DNA of 64,000 bases from an uncultured Microthrixaceae bacterium (GCA_963717755.1 CAVQWY010000002.1:682393-746392), one strand, 5' to 3'; counted from the stretch's first letter, positions 9,614 to 20,495 are shown. Notes: a model not told the origin generated them from the letters alone. Numbers and translations: made by a program.

Positions 9614-10468
9614 ATGGTTAGTGGCGTGCCGGGTGGACGTGCCAGATCTGTGCTGGCCGGCGGCTCCGGTGGGCGCTTTGCCGACGTGCGGTGGGTCGAC
9701 GAGACGGGGTCCACCAACGTCGACGCCATGGAGCTGGCCCGCCAGGGCGAGCGCGAGGGCATCGTGCTGGTGGCCGACCACCAGACAGCGGGTCGCGGCC
9801 GGGCCGGCCGAACGTGGACCGCCCCGCCCGGCGCCGGCCTGCTGCTCTCGATCCTCTTGCGCCCGCCCGCCGCCGTGATGGACCTCTGCACGATGGCGGT
9901 GGCCGTGGCGGCGGCGTCAGCCGTCGAGTCGGTCGCGGGGTTCTCCCCCCGGCTGAAGTGGCCGAACGACCTCGTGTGGCCGGGCGACGGCTCGGTGCCG
10001 GACCGCAAGCTGGCCGGCATCCTGGCCGAGGCCGACTGGCCTGCGTCGTCCGCCATCTCGGCGGGCTGGAAGCCGCCCGCGGCGGGGGAGAAGGCGGTGG
10101 TCGTCGTCGGCATCGGCCTCAACGTGGCGTGGCCCGACGCGCTGCCGCCCGACCTGGCGGAGATCGCGGTGGCGATGAACCACGTCGTCGACACGCCCGT
10201 CGACCGGGAGGACCTGCTGATCGCGCTGCTGTCGGAGCTCGGGCCGCGGTATGCCGCGTTGGTCGGCGGCGATCGCGGCGGCTTGCTGGACGAGTGGCGC
10301 ACCCGCTCGGCCACGCTCGGCCAGCGGGTGCGGATCGACCTCGGCGCCGACGAGGTCGAAGGCGCGGCCGTCGACGTGACCGACGAGGGCCACCTCGTCA
10401 TCGAGACGGTCGAGGGCGAGCGCCGCACCTTCGCCGCCGGCGACGTCGTCCACCTCCGCCCCGCCTGA
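9614..10468 (+). CDS. birA: Biotin--[acetyl-CoA-carboxylase] ligase
   Basis: Motifs DETGSTN and ADHQTAGRGRAGRTW. The start is uncertain because the ATG at 9614 is only 5 nt from the divergent accA start. Confidence 0.9.
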   Translation: MVSGVPGGRARSVLAGGSGGRFADVRWVDETGSTNVDAMELARQGEREGIVLVADHQTAGRGRAGRTWTAPPGAGLLLSILLRPPAAVMDLCTMAVAVAAASAVESVAGFSPRLKWPNDLVWPGDGSVPDRKLAGILAEADWPASSAISAGWKPPAAGEKAVVVVGIGLNVAWPDALPPDLAEIAVAMNHVVDTPVDREDLLIALLSELGPRYAALVGGDRGGLLDEWRTRSATLGQRVRIDLGADEVEGAAVDVTDEGHLVIETVEGERRTFAAGDVVHLRPA

Positions 10469-10477
10469 CCGGGCGGG

Positions 10478-10930
10478 CTACGCGTTCTTGAGCTCGCGCT
10501 TCTTGGCCAGCCAGGCCTGGACGACCTTGCCCATGGCCTCGGGGTTGTAGGCGTCCTCCTCGTAGCTCCACTGGCCGTTGCCGGCGTAGTGGAGCTTGGT
10601 GAGGTTGGCGGCTTGGTAGACCTCGCCGTCGCCGAGGTCGTTGAGGCGGTTCTGGATCTCGCACACGATCCAGCCCCGCTCCTCGTCGAACATGGCCCAC
10701 TCGATCGGGAACCGCGTGAACTGGTTGTTCGGGTACTCGGCCATCGTCGAGGTGATCCACCGCCGGATCGCCTCGCGGCCCTCGAAGCGCCCGTACAGGT
10801 GCTCGACGTACACCGCGTCGTCGGTGAACTGGTCCGCCCACTGGCTCCAGTCGCCGGTCTCGCCTGCCAGCTTCCCGCGCGCCTGGTACGCCTCGAACTC
10901 CCGCTCCAGCTCTTCCCTCGTGAACGTCAT
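10478..10930 (-). CDS. NTF2/SnoaL-like fold protein
   Basis: Intact 150 aa. Composition and pattern (YVEHLYGRFEGREAIRRWI...) resemble SnoaL-like domains. Confidence 0.6.
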   Translation of the reverse strand: MTFTREELEREFEAYQARGKLAGETGDWSQWADQFTDDAVYVEHLYGRFEGREAIRRWITSTMAEYPNNQFTRFPIEWAMFDEERGWIVCEIQNRLNDLGDGEVYQAANLTKLHYAGNGQWSYEEDAYNPEAMGKVVQAWLAKKRELKNA

Positions 10931-10940
10931 GGCCGGACCC

Positions 10941-11549
10941 TAGACACCCAGGGTCAGGCCGTGATCGCCGCGCTCGCCGAGGAGCCGGAACCAGCCGATC
11001 GCGGAGCTGTCGCCCTCCTCCGGGTGCCGCACCAGGTCGGAGTGCTGGGAGCGGGCCGTAGGCGATCATCGTGAGGTTGGCGGCATCGAGGACCTCCCGT
11101 TCCGTGGAGGAGATGGCCCGGCTCCGGCGCTCGAACCCCTCGACCGCCATGGCGTCCTCGATGGCGAGGGACCGTCGCACCGTCGGACGGCGGCCATCCG
11201 CCGCCTCTCCCGCCACGAGCTCCTCGACCGTGGCCAGCCCGGATCCGAGCCGCGTGACCGGCAGCAACGGGCGTGGCGCGGGCAGCCCGGCATCGTGGAG
11301 ATGGCGCTGCACCTCGAGGCAGGCGGTCAGCCGCGCCGTGGTGGCGTGGTGCCGATGCACCTTGACGACCACCCGTCGGTCGTCGGCGAGGCGAAGCCCC
11401 GCGACGAGCCCGACGCCGGCTTCGTCGAAGAGGCCCTCGCGCACTTCACCGAGGGGCGCGCACACCGATGCCAACGCCGCGCCCACCGCTTCGGCGTCGC
11501 TGGTGGCCAGCAGGTCGGCCTCCAGGTCTGACCCGACCTGCTGCATCGA
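10941..11549 (-). pseudogene. Hypothetical protein, weak resemblance to kinase-like phosphotransferase N-lobe; frameshift near 11055
   Basis: Coding-like segment MQQVGSDLEADLL...VVVKVHRHH... lies inside long ORF 10398..12047. The C-terminus (SQHSDLVRHPEEGDSSAIGWFRLLGERGDHGLTLGV, stop at 10941) is in another frame. Confidence 0.35.
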
Positions 11550-11581
11550 GTCCCGGGCCAGGTCCGCCGGCGGTCTGCTCG

Positions 11582-12589
11582 TCACAGGCCCGGCCACCGC
11601 TCCGCCGGCCGCAGGTAGTGGGCGAGGTTCTTCCATGCTTCGGCGATGTCGGTCGTGTCGGTGTGGGGTCGACGCAGCTCGCCGAGGTACCCGCCGATCT
11701 CCGTGAGGTCGTACCAGGAGCGGTACAGGTCGAGGGCGGCTGGCGACGGCGTGAGGCCGGTCGCCAGCCGGTACGCGTCCAGGATCGATCCGTCGCCGGG
11801 GTCGAGGTCCCACAGGTCGCGCTCGGCGACGGCGAGCAGCGCGGTGTCCCAGTCGATCAGGTAGCGGCGGTCGTGCACCACGAGGACGTTGCCCGCATGC
11901 GGTTCGCCGTGGGTCAGCACCGCGCGGTCGCCGAGCTGCTCGACTTGCTCGGCGAGGCCGCCGTACGCGTCGAGCAGGCGCTGGAGCGGGACCGCGTGCT
12001 CCTCCAGCAGGGCGCGGGCGCGCTCGCCGTAGGGGCCGGCATCCCACGCGGTGCCCAGGGCGTCGAGGGAGGTCGGGATCTCGTCGAGATGGGGGACGGT
12101 GAGGTCGTCGGCATCGGCGTGGGGCGCCGCGGCGCTGGTCGCACCGTGGACCCGGATCACGAGGTCGAGGACGGCCAGACGGTCTTCTGGCGAGTCGAAC
12201 TCGCCGTCGGCCCCGGCGGGGTGGCCGACGAGGTACGGGTGCACGGCGAGGGTGAAGCGCGGATCGAGCCGTTCGACGATGCGGCCGGCGATCCCGCGCA
12301 TCGGTGCGAGCACGAACGAGAGCCCGGCCTGTGCGATGGATGCCGCGGCGGAGAACGACGCGGTGAGCCGCCGGAACACCTCGTCCTCCGCTTCGGCCTC
12401 GTCACGCCGCTTGGCGGTGAGGTCGTGCACGGTGACGAACCGAGCGTCGCCTGACGGGTCGGCGGCCCTCCAGTGGTGGGCGCCGAAGCCGACCGGCTCG
12501 TAGGCGAGCACCGTGGCCTCGAACCCCCAGTGCTCAGCGAGCGAGGCGCGGATGGCGTCGTCGCTCAGCTCGGGCGGGCGCGTGAACAC
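11582..12589 (-). CDS. Aminoglycoside/kinase-like phosphotransferase (APH family)
   Basis: Intact 335 aa. Catalytic-loop pattern LTHGEPHAGNVLV followed by YLIDWDTA. Confidence 0.8.
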   Translation of the reverse strand: MFTRPPELSDDAIRASLAEHWGFEATVLAYEPVGFGAHHWRAADPSGDARFVTVHDLTAKRRDEAEAEDEVFRRLTASFSAAASIAQAGLSFVLAPMRGIAGRIVERLDPRFTLAVHPYLVGHPAGADGEFDSPEDRLAVLDLVIRVHGATSAAAPHADADDLTVPHLDEIPTSLDALGTAWDAGPYGERARALLEEHAVPLQRLLDAYGGLAEQVEQLGDRAVLTHGEPHAGNVLVVHDRRYLIDWDTALLAVAERDLWDLDPGDGSILDAYRLATGLTPSPAALDLYRSWYDLTEIGGYLGELRRPHTDTTDIAEAWKNLAHYLRPAERWPGL

Positions 12590-12595
12590 AGGAGC

Positions 12596-13423
12596 TCAGG
12601 GGTCGTCGGTCTGCGCGGTGAGCTCGCGGAAGGCGTCGGCGGCGGTTTCGGAGAGCGGACCTGGGACCGGGAGCTGGCGGTCGTCGATGCGGTCGACCGG
12701 TTGGACGTCGCGGCCGGTGCTGGTGAGGAACACGTCGTCAGCGGCGAGGAAGTCTGCCATCGCGATGTCCTCCTCGACGGCGTCGGTGACCTCGAGGACG
12801 AGGTCGCGGGTGACGCCGGCCAGGCAGCCGGACGAGAGCGGCGGGGTGAGCAGCCGGCCGCCGATGCCCACGAACACGTTGGATCCGGTGCCCTCGCTGA
12901 GCAGACCGGTGGTGGTGGGGAAGATCGCCTCCGTGCAGCCGCGCTCCTTGGCGTAGGCGAGGGCCTTCACGTTCTCCGCGTACGACGTGGTCTTGATGCC
13001 GGCCATCGCCCCGCGCTCGTTGCGGGGCCACGGCACCACGCAGACGGCCGTGGACGGCGTCATCGCCTTGAGCGGCCCGACCGCGACCACCACGGTGGCC
13101 GCGCCTTCGCCACGCTCTGAGCCGAGCGGCGCGGCGCCGCCGGTGACCGTCACCCGCACGCGCGCGAGCGGGAGGTCGTAGGACGCCAGCACCTCGGCCA
13201 TCGCCGAGCGCAGCTGCTCGTCGGTGAACGGCACGCGGAGGTCGAGGCCCTCGGCGGAGCGGTGCAGACGTTCGAGGTGACGACGGGTGGCGAAGGGACG
13301 GCCATCGACCGCCTTCAGCGTCTCGAACACGCCGTCACCGACGGTGAGGCCGTGGTCGAAGATCGAGATCGTCGCGTCGGCGGCGTCCACCAGGGACCCG
13401 TTCAGCCAGACCTGTTCAGCCAT
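12596..13423 (-). CDS. pabC: Aminodeoxychorismate lyase / class IV aminotransferase
   Basis: MAEQVWLNGSLVDAADATISIFDHGLTVGDGVFETL... The ATG overlaps the pabB stop (GATGGCTGA). Embedded in fused ORF 12596..14107. Confidence 0.8.
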   Translation of the reverse strand: MAEQVWLNGSLVDAADATISIFDHGLTVGDGVFETLKAVDGRPFATRRHLERLHRSAEGLDLRVPFTDEQLRSAMAEVLASYDLPLARVRVTVTGGAAPLGSERGEGAATVVVAVGPLKAMTPSTAVCVVPWPRNERGAMAGIKTTSYAENVKALAYAKERGCTEAIFPTTTGLLSEGTGSNVFVGIGGRLLTPPLSSGCLAGVTRDLVLEVTDAVEEDIAMADFLAADDVFLTSTGRDVQPVDRIDDRQLPVPGPLSETAADAFRELTAQTDDP

Positions 13424-14445
13424 CGGAGGATCCTGACGCGACTCGGAGGAGGTTTCGAGCCTTGAGCTCGGTCTCCGCCCACTCGTCGTCGGGTTCGCTG
13501 TCCCATGTGATGCCGGCCGCCCGTGCCGAAGTGCAGCATGGTCGTCCTCCACCCAGAACGTGCGGATGGCCACGTTGAGGTCGCCCTGGTGGCGATCGGC
13601 GTCCACCCAGCCCACCGCGCCGCAGTACACGCCGCGGGGCACCGGCTCGAGGGCAGCGATCCGCTCGAGGGCGGCGACCTTCGGCGCGCCCGTGACCGAG
13701 CCCGGCGGGAACGTGGCGGCGATGGCGTCCGCCCAACCGCACCCGGGGCGCAGTCGGCCCGTCACCGTCGAGACGAGGTGCACCAGCCCGGGGTGGTGCT
13801 CGAGCGCGAGCAGGGACGGCACCGCTACCGATCCGAACTCGCACACGCGCCCCAGGTCGTTGCGCACGAGGTCGACGATCATCACGTTCTCGGCCCGGTC
13901 CTTGGCGGTGAGGCCGCTGGGGTCCGGCGCGGTGCCCTTGATCGGACCCGAGGTCACGATGTCGCGGTCGCGCGACAGGAACCGCTCGGGTGACGCGGAG
14001 GCCACCAGGCAGCCGGCCGCGGGCAGGCGGACGACCGCGCTGTAGGGCGCCGGGTTGCCCTCCGCCAGCGCGGCGCCCAGGGCGGCGACGTCACCGCCGG
14101 CGGGCATCGGGCGCGGACAGTCGCCGGGTCAGGTTCACCTGGTACACGTCGCCGGCGGCGATCGAGCCGCGGATGGCGCGCACCCCCGCCGTGAACTGGG
14201 CCTCGGACAGCGAGCTCGTCCAGCTCGCCGCGGCTGGACCCTCCCACGGACGACCGGGCCACGGCCGGGCCGGGCGCACGTTGGCGAAGCGAGCACAGAT
14301 CGGCGCGCCCTCGAAGGGGAGCACGACCGCCCAGAACCCGGTGGCGTCGAGCGCACCGAGGTCGGACGTCAGGTCGACGAGGTCGGTGGCCAGGCGCCCG
14401 CCGACGACGGCCAACGGCACGTCGGCGGCGATGGGTCGCGGCATG
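13417..14445 (-). pseudogene. pabB: Aminodeoxychorismate synthase component I, at least 3 frame disruptions (near 14110, 13541, 13515)
   Basis: Chorismate-binding motifs SPERFL, GPIKGT, MIVDLVRNDLGRV and GVYCGAVGW. The conserved C-terminus LHFGTGGGITWDSEPDDEWAETELKA is only recovered by passing through two other frames. Confidence 0.8.
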
Positions 14446-14520
14446 GCGGGCAGCGTACGATCACACCTCGCCACCACCGTCACCCGTTCCAGCCCGCCTA
14501 CCGGGAAGGCCGTCGCACCA

Positions 14521-15669
14521 GTGCACCTGGAGTTCACCGAAGAGCACGACGCGCTGCGCAAGGTGGTGCGTGGCTTCGCGGAGAGCGAGATCGCCCCGCA
14601 CGCGGAGGCGTGGGACCGCGACCACCACTTCCCGGTCGACGTGGTGCGGGCGATGGGCGACCTCGGTCTGTTCGGCATCCCCTTCCCCGAGGAGTACGGC
14701 GGCGGAGGCGGCGACCTGACCATGCTCTGCATCGCCATCGAGGAGCTGGCCCGGGTCGACCACTCGATGGCCATCACCCTCGAAGCGGGCGTGGGGCTCG
14801 GCGCCAACCCGATCCACCGGTTCGGTGACGAGGACCAGAAGCAGACGTGGCTGCCCGACCTCTGCGCCGGACGCGCCCTCGGCGGCTTCGGCCTCACCGA
14901 ACCGGAGGCCGGCAGCGATGCCGGTGGCACCCGCACCACCGCCACCCTCGACGCAGACGCGGGGGAGTGGGTGGTGAACGGCGAGAAGGCCTTCATCACC
15001 AACTCCGGCTCCGAGATCACCGCCTTCGTCACCGTGACGGCCCGCACCGGCCCAGGCGAGATCAGCACGATCATCGTGCCGTCGGGGACACCGGGGTTCG
15101 AGGTGCAACCCGCGTACCGGAAGATGGGTTGGCACGCGTCGGACACTCACGGCCTCTCGTTCGTCGACGCCCGCGTGCCGGAGGCCAACCTGCTCGGCGC
15201 ACGCGGTCGGGGCTTCGCGCAGTTCCTCCAGATCCTCGACGAGGGTCGCATCGCCATCTCCGCGCTCGCCGTCGGGTGCATCCAGGCGTGCCTCGAGCAC
15301 TGCACGCAGTACGCCCAGGACCGCCAGGCGTTCGGGAAGCCGATCGGCGCCAACCAGGGGGTGGCGTTCCAGGTCGCCGATCTCGCGGTGATGGCCGAGA
15401 CGGCTCGCCTGCTCACCTACCAGGCCGCCTGGCTCCACGACACGGGCCGACCGTGCAAGCAGGCGGCCGCCATGGCCAAGCTCCACACCACGGAGGCGGC
15501 GGTGACGGCCACCCGCATCGCCACGCAGGTGTTCGGCGGCTACGGGTTCATCGACGAGACACCGGTGGCTCGCTTCTACCGCGACGCCAAGATCCTCGAG
15601 ATCGGCGAGGGCACGAGCGAGATCCAGCGGCTGGTGATCAGCCGCGAGCTCGGCCTGCCCGTCCAGTGA
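14521..15669 (+). CDS. Acyl-CoA dehydrogenase
   Basis: GTG start. Intact ~382 aa with GFGLTEPEAGSDAGG, AFITNSG and the C-terminal ILEIGEGTSEIQRLVISREL pattern. Confidence 0.9.
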   Translation: MHLEFTEEHDALRKVVRGFAESEIAPHAEAWDRDHHFPVDVVRAMGDLGLFGIPFPEEYGGGGGDLTMLCIAIEELARVDHSMAITLEAGVGLGANPIHRFGDEDQKQTWLPDLCAGRALGGFGLTEPEAGSDAGGTRTTATLDADAGEWVVNGEKAFITNSGSEITAFVTVTARTGPGEISTIIVPSGTPGFEVQPAYRKMGWHASDTHGLSFVDARVPEANLLGARGRGFAQFLQILDEGRIAISALAVGCIQACLEHCTQYAQDRQAFGKPIGANQGVAFQVADLAVMAETARLLTYQAAWLHDTGRPCKQAAAMAKLHTTEAAVTATRIATQVFGGYGFIDETPVARFYRDAKILEIGEGTSEIQRLVISRELGLPVQ

Positions 15670-17103
15670 GACGGCCGGACCGCAAGCGGGGCCGACGCCC
15701 GCCGCGCCAGCGCCTCCTGCTCGCGTTCAACAGCTGCCTGGTCGTCATGCTCTTGGTGACCGCGGGCGGGCTCACCTACGTGTACTCGAAGTACAGCCGC
15801 CTCCCGCGCATCGAGCTGGGGTCCGTGCTGACCGAGCGCACCGGCAGCGACGAACCGCGCAACTTCCTGCTGGTGGGCGTCGACAGCGCCGCCGACCTCG
15901 CTGACGACGACCCGGCGCGGGCCGGACGGGACAACGTCGGCGGTCTGCGGTCGGACACGATGATGATCCTGCGCGTGGATCCCGTCTCCGGGGGAGCCGC
16001 GCTGGTCTCGCTGCCGCGCGACCTCTGGGTGCCGATGGCCAGCGGCGGCAACCAGCGCATCAACACCGCCATCCAGCGCGGTGGGCCGGCCGAGCTGATC
16101 GACACGATCGAGGAGTACCTCGGCGTACCCGTGCACCACTACATCCAGGTCGACTTCGCCGGCTTCAAGGAGCTGGTCGACGTCGTCGACGGGGTCGACG
16201 TGTACTTCGCCAACCCGGCACGCGACACCCGGTCGTTCCTCGACATCGAGGACACGGGGTGCATCACCCTCGACGGCACCGACGCGCTGGCCTACGTCCG
16301 GTCCCGACACTACCAGTACTTCGAGGACGGCCGGTGGCGCAGCGACGGATCGGGCGACCTCGGCCGCGTCGAGCCGCCAGCAGGACTTCATCGTCCGCGC
16401 GCTGCGGCGCGCCGTCGACCGCGGGGTGCGCAACCCCGTGACCCTGAACCGGGTGGTGGACGCCGCCCTGGAGGCGGTGACGGTCGACGACCTGCTGACC
16501 GCCGACGACATCATCGATCTGGCCCGGGCGTTCCGGAGCTTCGACCCCGGCACCCTCGACCTCTACGCCCTGCCGGTGCAGGCGGGTTCGGCCGGCGGGG
16601 CCTCGGTCCTGCGCCTGATCGACGGGCGGGCGCAGCCGATCCTCGACGTCTTCCGTGGCACCGACATCAGCGACCTGCGGCCGGCCGACATCCGGGTGCG
16701 GGTGCTGAACGGCTCGGGGGTCACCGGCCAGGCCGGGCAGGCGGGCGACGACCTCGCGGCGGTGGGGTTCGGCTCGGCCGGCACCGGCGAGGCGGAGCGC
16801 TTCGACATCTCGGAGACGCTCGTGCGCTACACGACCGGCGACGAAGCGAAGGCAGACCTCGTGGCCAGGTACCTGGACCCCAGCGCCCAGCTCGAACAGG
16901 TCGAGGGACCGCTGGATGCCGACGTCGTGGTGGTGACCGGCCGCCAGTACGCCGGCGTGCGCGCCACCCCGCGCCCTCCGGGCCCGTCGACCTCCACCAC
17001 GACCCGGCCGACCACCACCACCACGGGCCCCACCTCGAGCTCCACGACCTCCACGACGGTCGTCGGCGTGGTGCCCGAGGTGCCCCCGGGCGTCGACTGC
17101 TGA
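15666..17103 (+). pseudogene. LytR-CpsA-Psr (LCP) family cell-wall glycopolymer ligase, frameshift near 16372
   Basis: The GTG overlaps the ACAD stop (GTGA). TM anchor, then NFLLVGVDS...RSDTMMILRVD...SLPRDLWV. The frame switches at GDLGRVE|RQQDFIVRAL. LytR_C-like tail and Thr/Pro-rich end. Confidence 0.85.
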
Positions 17104-17209
17104 CGGTGCCAGCAGCCTTGGGGGCGTTCTGCGGTACGTGCCAGACTTGGCCGGCCATGGACCCCTCCCACCGCTCTGCCGCTGCCCTGGCGCGTCCAGA
17201 GGGGCCCCG

Positions 17210-18101
17210 GTGAAGGGGATCGTGCTGGCGGGCGGTCGGGCCACGCGCCTCAGCCCGGCCAGTCGGGCGACGTCGAAGCAGCTCATGCACGTCTACGACA
17301 AGCCGCTCGTGTACTACCCGATCAGCACGCTGCTGCACGCCGCGCATCAACGAGATCCTGGTCATCTCCACGCCCGACCAGCTGCCGCTCTTCGAGCACC
17401 TCCTGGGCGACGGCAGCCAGTGGGGCTGCGCGTTCAGCTACGCCGTCCAGCCCGAGCCGAACGGCATCGCGGCGGCCTTCCTGATCGGGGAGGACTTCAT
17501 CGGGGACGACGACGTCGCCCTCATCCTCGGCGACAACATCTTCTACGGCGTCGGGCTGGGCGAGCAGCTCCAGCAGTACACGGACCCCAAGGGCGCCGTG
17601 GTGTTCGGCCTCTGGGTGCCCGACCCCGAGCGCTACGGCGTGCTCGAGCTCGATCCCGGCGGCCAGGCGGTGGGCATCCACGAGAAGCCGGCCGTCCCGC
17701 CGTCGAGCTTCATGATCCCGGGGCTCTACTTCTACGACAACAGCGTCGTGGAGATGGCCCGGTCGATCACCCCGAGCGCGCGCGGCGAGCTCGAGATCAG
17801 CGAGGTCAACACGTCGTACCTGCGCGACGGTCGCCTGCAGGTCTGCAAGCTGCCGTTCTCCACGGAGTGGTTCGACGTCGGCACCTTCGACGCCCTCCTC
17901 GACGCGCAGACCTGGGTCGCGGGCCAGCAACGTCGCAAGGGGCTGCTCATCGGCTCACCCGAGACGGCCGCCCATCGTGAGGGGTTCATCACCAGCGACC
18001 AGCTGCGAGCGCTGGCGGCGGCCGACGACCAGGCCGGCGACCTCGCCAAGAGCGGGTACGGCGACCACCTCCTGCGGTTCCTCGAGTTCGAGGGCGGCTG
18101 A
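17210..18101 (+). pseudogene. rmlA: Glucose-1-phosphate thymidylyltransferase, frameshift near 17340
   Basis: [14 protein letters not shown]...[21 protein letters not shown] in one frame. [10 protein letters not shown]...LGDNIFYG...EKP..P.S in the next frame. Confidence 0.9.
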
Positions 18102-18106
18102 CCGCG

Positions 18107-18679
18107 ATGGCTGAGATCATCGACATGGCGGTCACGTCGACGGCGATCGACGGGCTCGTCTTCATCACGATGAAGCAGGCCACCGACGAGCGCGGCACCG
18201 TGCGGGAGTTCTACCGGGAGTCGGCGTTCGAGGCCGCCGGCCTACCGTCGCTCGGACCGTGGCTGCAGGTGAACGTCACGGAGACGCAGCGCGGCGGGCT
18301 GCGCGGGATCCACGCCGAGGACATGCACAAGCTCGTCGCCGTCGTGGCGGGCGAGGCCTTCGCCGCCTACGTCGACCTGCGCCCCGAGTCCGCTACCTAC
18401 GGCAAGGTCGTCACCACCACGCTCGTGCCCGGCTCGCAGGTGCTCGTGCCGCGCGGGGTCGGGAACGGCTTCCAGGCCACCGCCGACGGCGCTACGCAGT
18501 ACCTGTACTGCTTCGACCAGGAGTGGCGGCCGGGGATGGCCGGCGTGGCCTGCACCCCCCTCGACCCTGCGCTCGGCATCGACTGGCCGCTGCCCGTCGA
18601 CCCCGCCGATCGTGCCCAGGTCTCGGCCAAGGATCTCGACGCCCCGCGGTTCGCCCAGCTCGAAGGGACCGACCCGTGA
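18107..18679 (+). CDS. rmlC: dTDP-4-dehydrorhamnose 3,5-epimerase
   Basis: Intact 190 aa cupin. DERGTVREFYR, RGIHAE and VPRGVGNGFQA motifs. Confidence 0.9.
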   Translation: MAEIIDMAVTSTAIDGLVFITMKQATDERGTVREFYRESAFEAAGLPSLGPWLQVNVTETQRGGLRGIHAEDMHKLVAVVAGEAFAAYVDLRPESATYGKVVTTTLVPGSQVLVPRGVGNGFQATADGATQYLYCFDQEWRPGMAGVACTPLDPALGIDWPLPVDPADRAQVSAKDLDAPRFAQLEGTDP

Positions 18680-19635
18680 AGCTCCTCGTCACAGGTGGAG
18701 CCGGCTTCATCGGCTCCAACTACGTCCGCTACGTGCTGCGGGAGACCGACGACGAGGTCGTCGTGTACGACTCCCTCACCTACGCGGGGAACCTGTCCAC
18801 CCTGAAGGACGTCGACGACGACCCGCGCTACTCGTTCGTGAAGGGGAACATCTGCGACCCGGGGACCCTCGAGGAGGCCATGGCCGGCGTGGACGCCGTC
18901 GTCCACTTCGCCGCCGAGAGCCACGTCGACCGGTCGATCATCGGCTCCGACGACTTCGTCAACACGAACTGCTTCGGCACCAACGTGGTGATGGACACCG
19001 CCCGTCGGCTCGAGATCGGGCGCGTCGTGCACATCGGCACCGACGAGGTGTACGGATCGGTGGAGGTCGGCTCCTCGAAGGAGGACGATCCGCTGGAGCC
19101 CCGCTCGCCGTACTCGGCGTCCAAGGCCGGGTCCGACCTGATCGCGCTGAGCTACCACCACACCCACGACGTGCCGGTCACGGTGACGCGCTGCACCAAC
19201 AACTTCGGGCCGTGGCAGTACCCGGAGAAGGCCATCCCGCTGTTCACCACCAACCTCCTCGACGGCGGGAAGATCCCGCTCTACGGCGACGGGTTGAACG
19301 AGCGGGACTGGCTGTTCGTCGACGACCACTGCTCAGGCGTGCACCTCGTGCTGCACGAGGGGGCGCCCGGCGAGATCTACAACATCGGAGCCGGCAACGA
19401 GACGCCCAACCGCGTCCTGGTGGACAAGCTCTTGGCCCTGCTCGGCAAGGACGAGTCGTCGGTCGAGTACGTGGAGGACCGGCTGGGCCATGATCGCCGC
19501 TACTCGGTGGACATCACCAAGATCACAGCCCTCGGCTGGACGAAGCAGCGGACCCTCGATGAGGCCCTCGAGGCCACCGTCGACTGGTACCGCGCCAACG
19601 ACTGGTGGTGGCGGCCGCTCAAGTCCGGCCGCTGA
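18676..19635 (+). CDS. rmlB: dTDP-glucose 4,6-dehydratase
   Basis: The GTG overlaps the rmlC stop. LLVTGGAGFIGSN, SPYSASKAGSD and DRRYSVD motifs. Intact. Confidence 0.95.
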   Translation: MKLLVTGGAGFIGSNYVRYVLRETDDEVVVYDSLTYAGNLSTLKDVDDDPRYSFVKGNICDPGTLEEAMAGVDAVVHFAAESHVDRSIIGSDDFVNTNCFGTNVVMDTARRLEIGRVVHIGTDEVYGSVEVGSSKEDDPLEPRSPYSASKAGSDLIALSYHHTHDVPVTVTRCTNNFGPWQYPEKAIPLFTTNLLDGGKIPLYGDGLNERDWLFVDDHCSGVHLVLHEGAPGEIYNIGAGNETPNRVLVDKLLALLGKDESSVEYVEDRLGHDRRYSVDITKITALGWTKQRTLDEALEATVDWYRANDWWWRPLKSGR

Positions 19636-20495
19636 TGCGGGTCCTCGTCACCGGCGCCTCGGGCCAGCTCGGCACCGATCTCGTGCGCACCTGCACCGAC
19701 GCGGGCGACGACGTGGTGGGCTGCGCCCACGCGGATCTGGACCTCACCGACCGGGACCAGGTGCACCAGGCCATCACCAGCGCGCACCCCGATGTGGTGA
19801 TCAACGCGGCGGCGTGGACCGCGGTGGACGCCTGCGAGTCCGACCCGGAGCGCGCGTTCAGCACCAACGCCCTCGGCGTGCGCTGGGTCACCGCCGCCGC
19901 TCGTGACGCGGGTGCCCACGTCGTGCAGATCAGCACCGACTACGTCTTCGACGGCACGAAGGCCGAGCCGTACGTCGAGTGGGATCCCACCAACCCGACG
20001 TCCGTGTACGGCCGGTCCAAGCTCGGCGGCGAGCAAGAGGTGGACCCCACCCACACCGTCGTCCGCACGGCGTGGGTGTGCGGCGCCCACGGCCCCAACA
20101 TGGTGAAGACCGTGCTCGGCCTGCTCGACCAGCCCCAGCTGGCGTTCGTCGACGACCAGCGGGGGAGCCCCACCTTCACGGCCGACCTCGCCCCGGCCAT
20201 CCGGCGCTTGGCCGCCGCCCGGGCGCCCGGCGTCTTCCACGCCACCAACCAGGGCGCGACGACCTGGTACGGGTTCGTCCGGGAGATCCTCGAGACCGCC
20301 GGCCAGGACCCCGCCAAGGTGCGGCCCATCCGCACCGCCGACCTCGATCCGCCCCGCGCCGCATCGCGGCCCGCCAACTCGGTGCTCGACAACGCCGCCC
20401 TCCGGTCTGGGGGGTTCCCCCTCCTTCCGCACTACCGTGATGCCCTCGAACGCCTCGTGCGCGAGCTTCAGACTGACGGCGGGAGGACTCCATGA
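19635..20495 (+). CDS. rmlD: dTDP-4-dehydrorhamnose reductase
   Basis: The ATG overlaps the rmlB stop (TGATG). MRVLVTGASGQLG, STDYVFDG and YGRSKLGGE motifs. Intact. Confidence 0.9.
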   Translation: MRVLVTGASGQLGTDLVRTCTDAGDDVVGCAHADLDLTDRDQVHQAITSAHPDVVINAAAWTAVDACESDPERAFSTNALGVRWVTAAARDAGAHVVQISTDYVFDGTKAEPYVEWDPTNPTSVYGRSKLGGEQEVDPTHTVVRTAWVCGAHGPNMVKTVLGLLDQPQLAFVDDQRGSPTFTADLAPAIRRLAAARAPGVFHATNQGATTWYGFVREILETAGQDPAKVRPIRTADLDPPRAASRPANSVLDNAALRSGGFPLLPHYRDALERLVRELQTDGGRTP

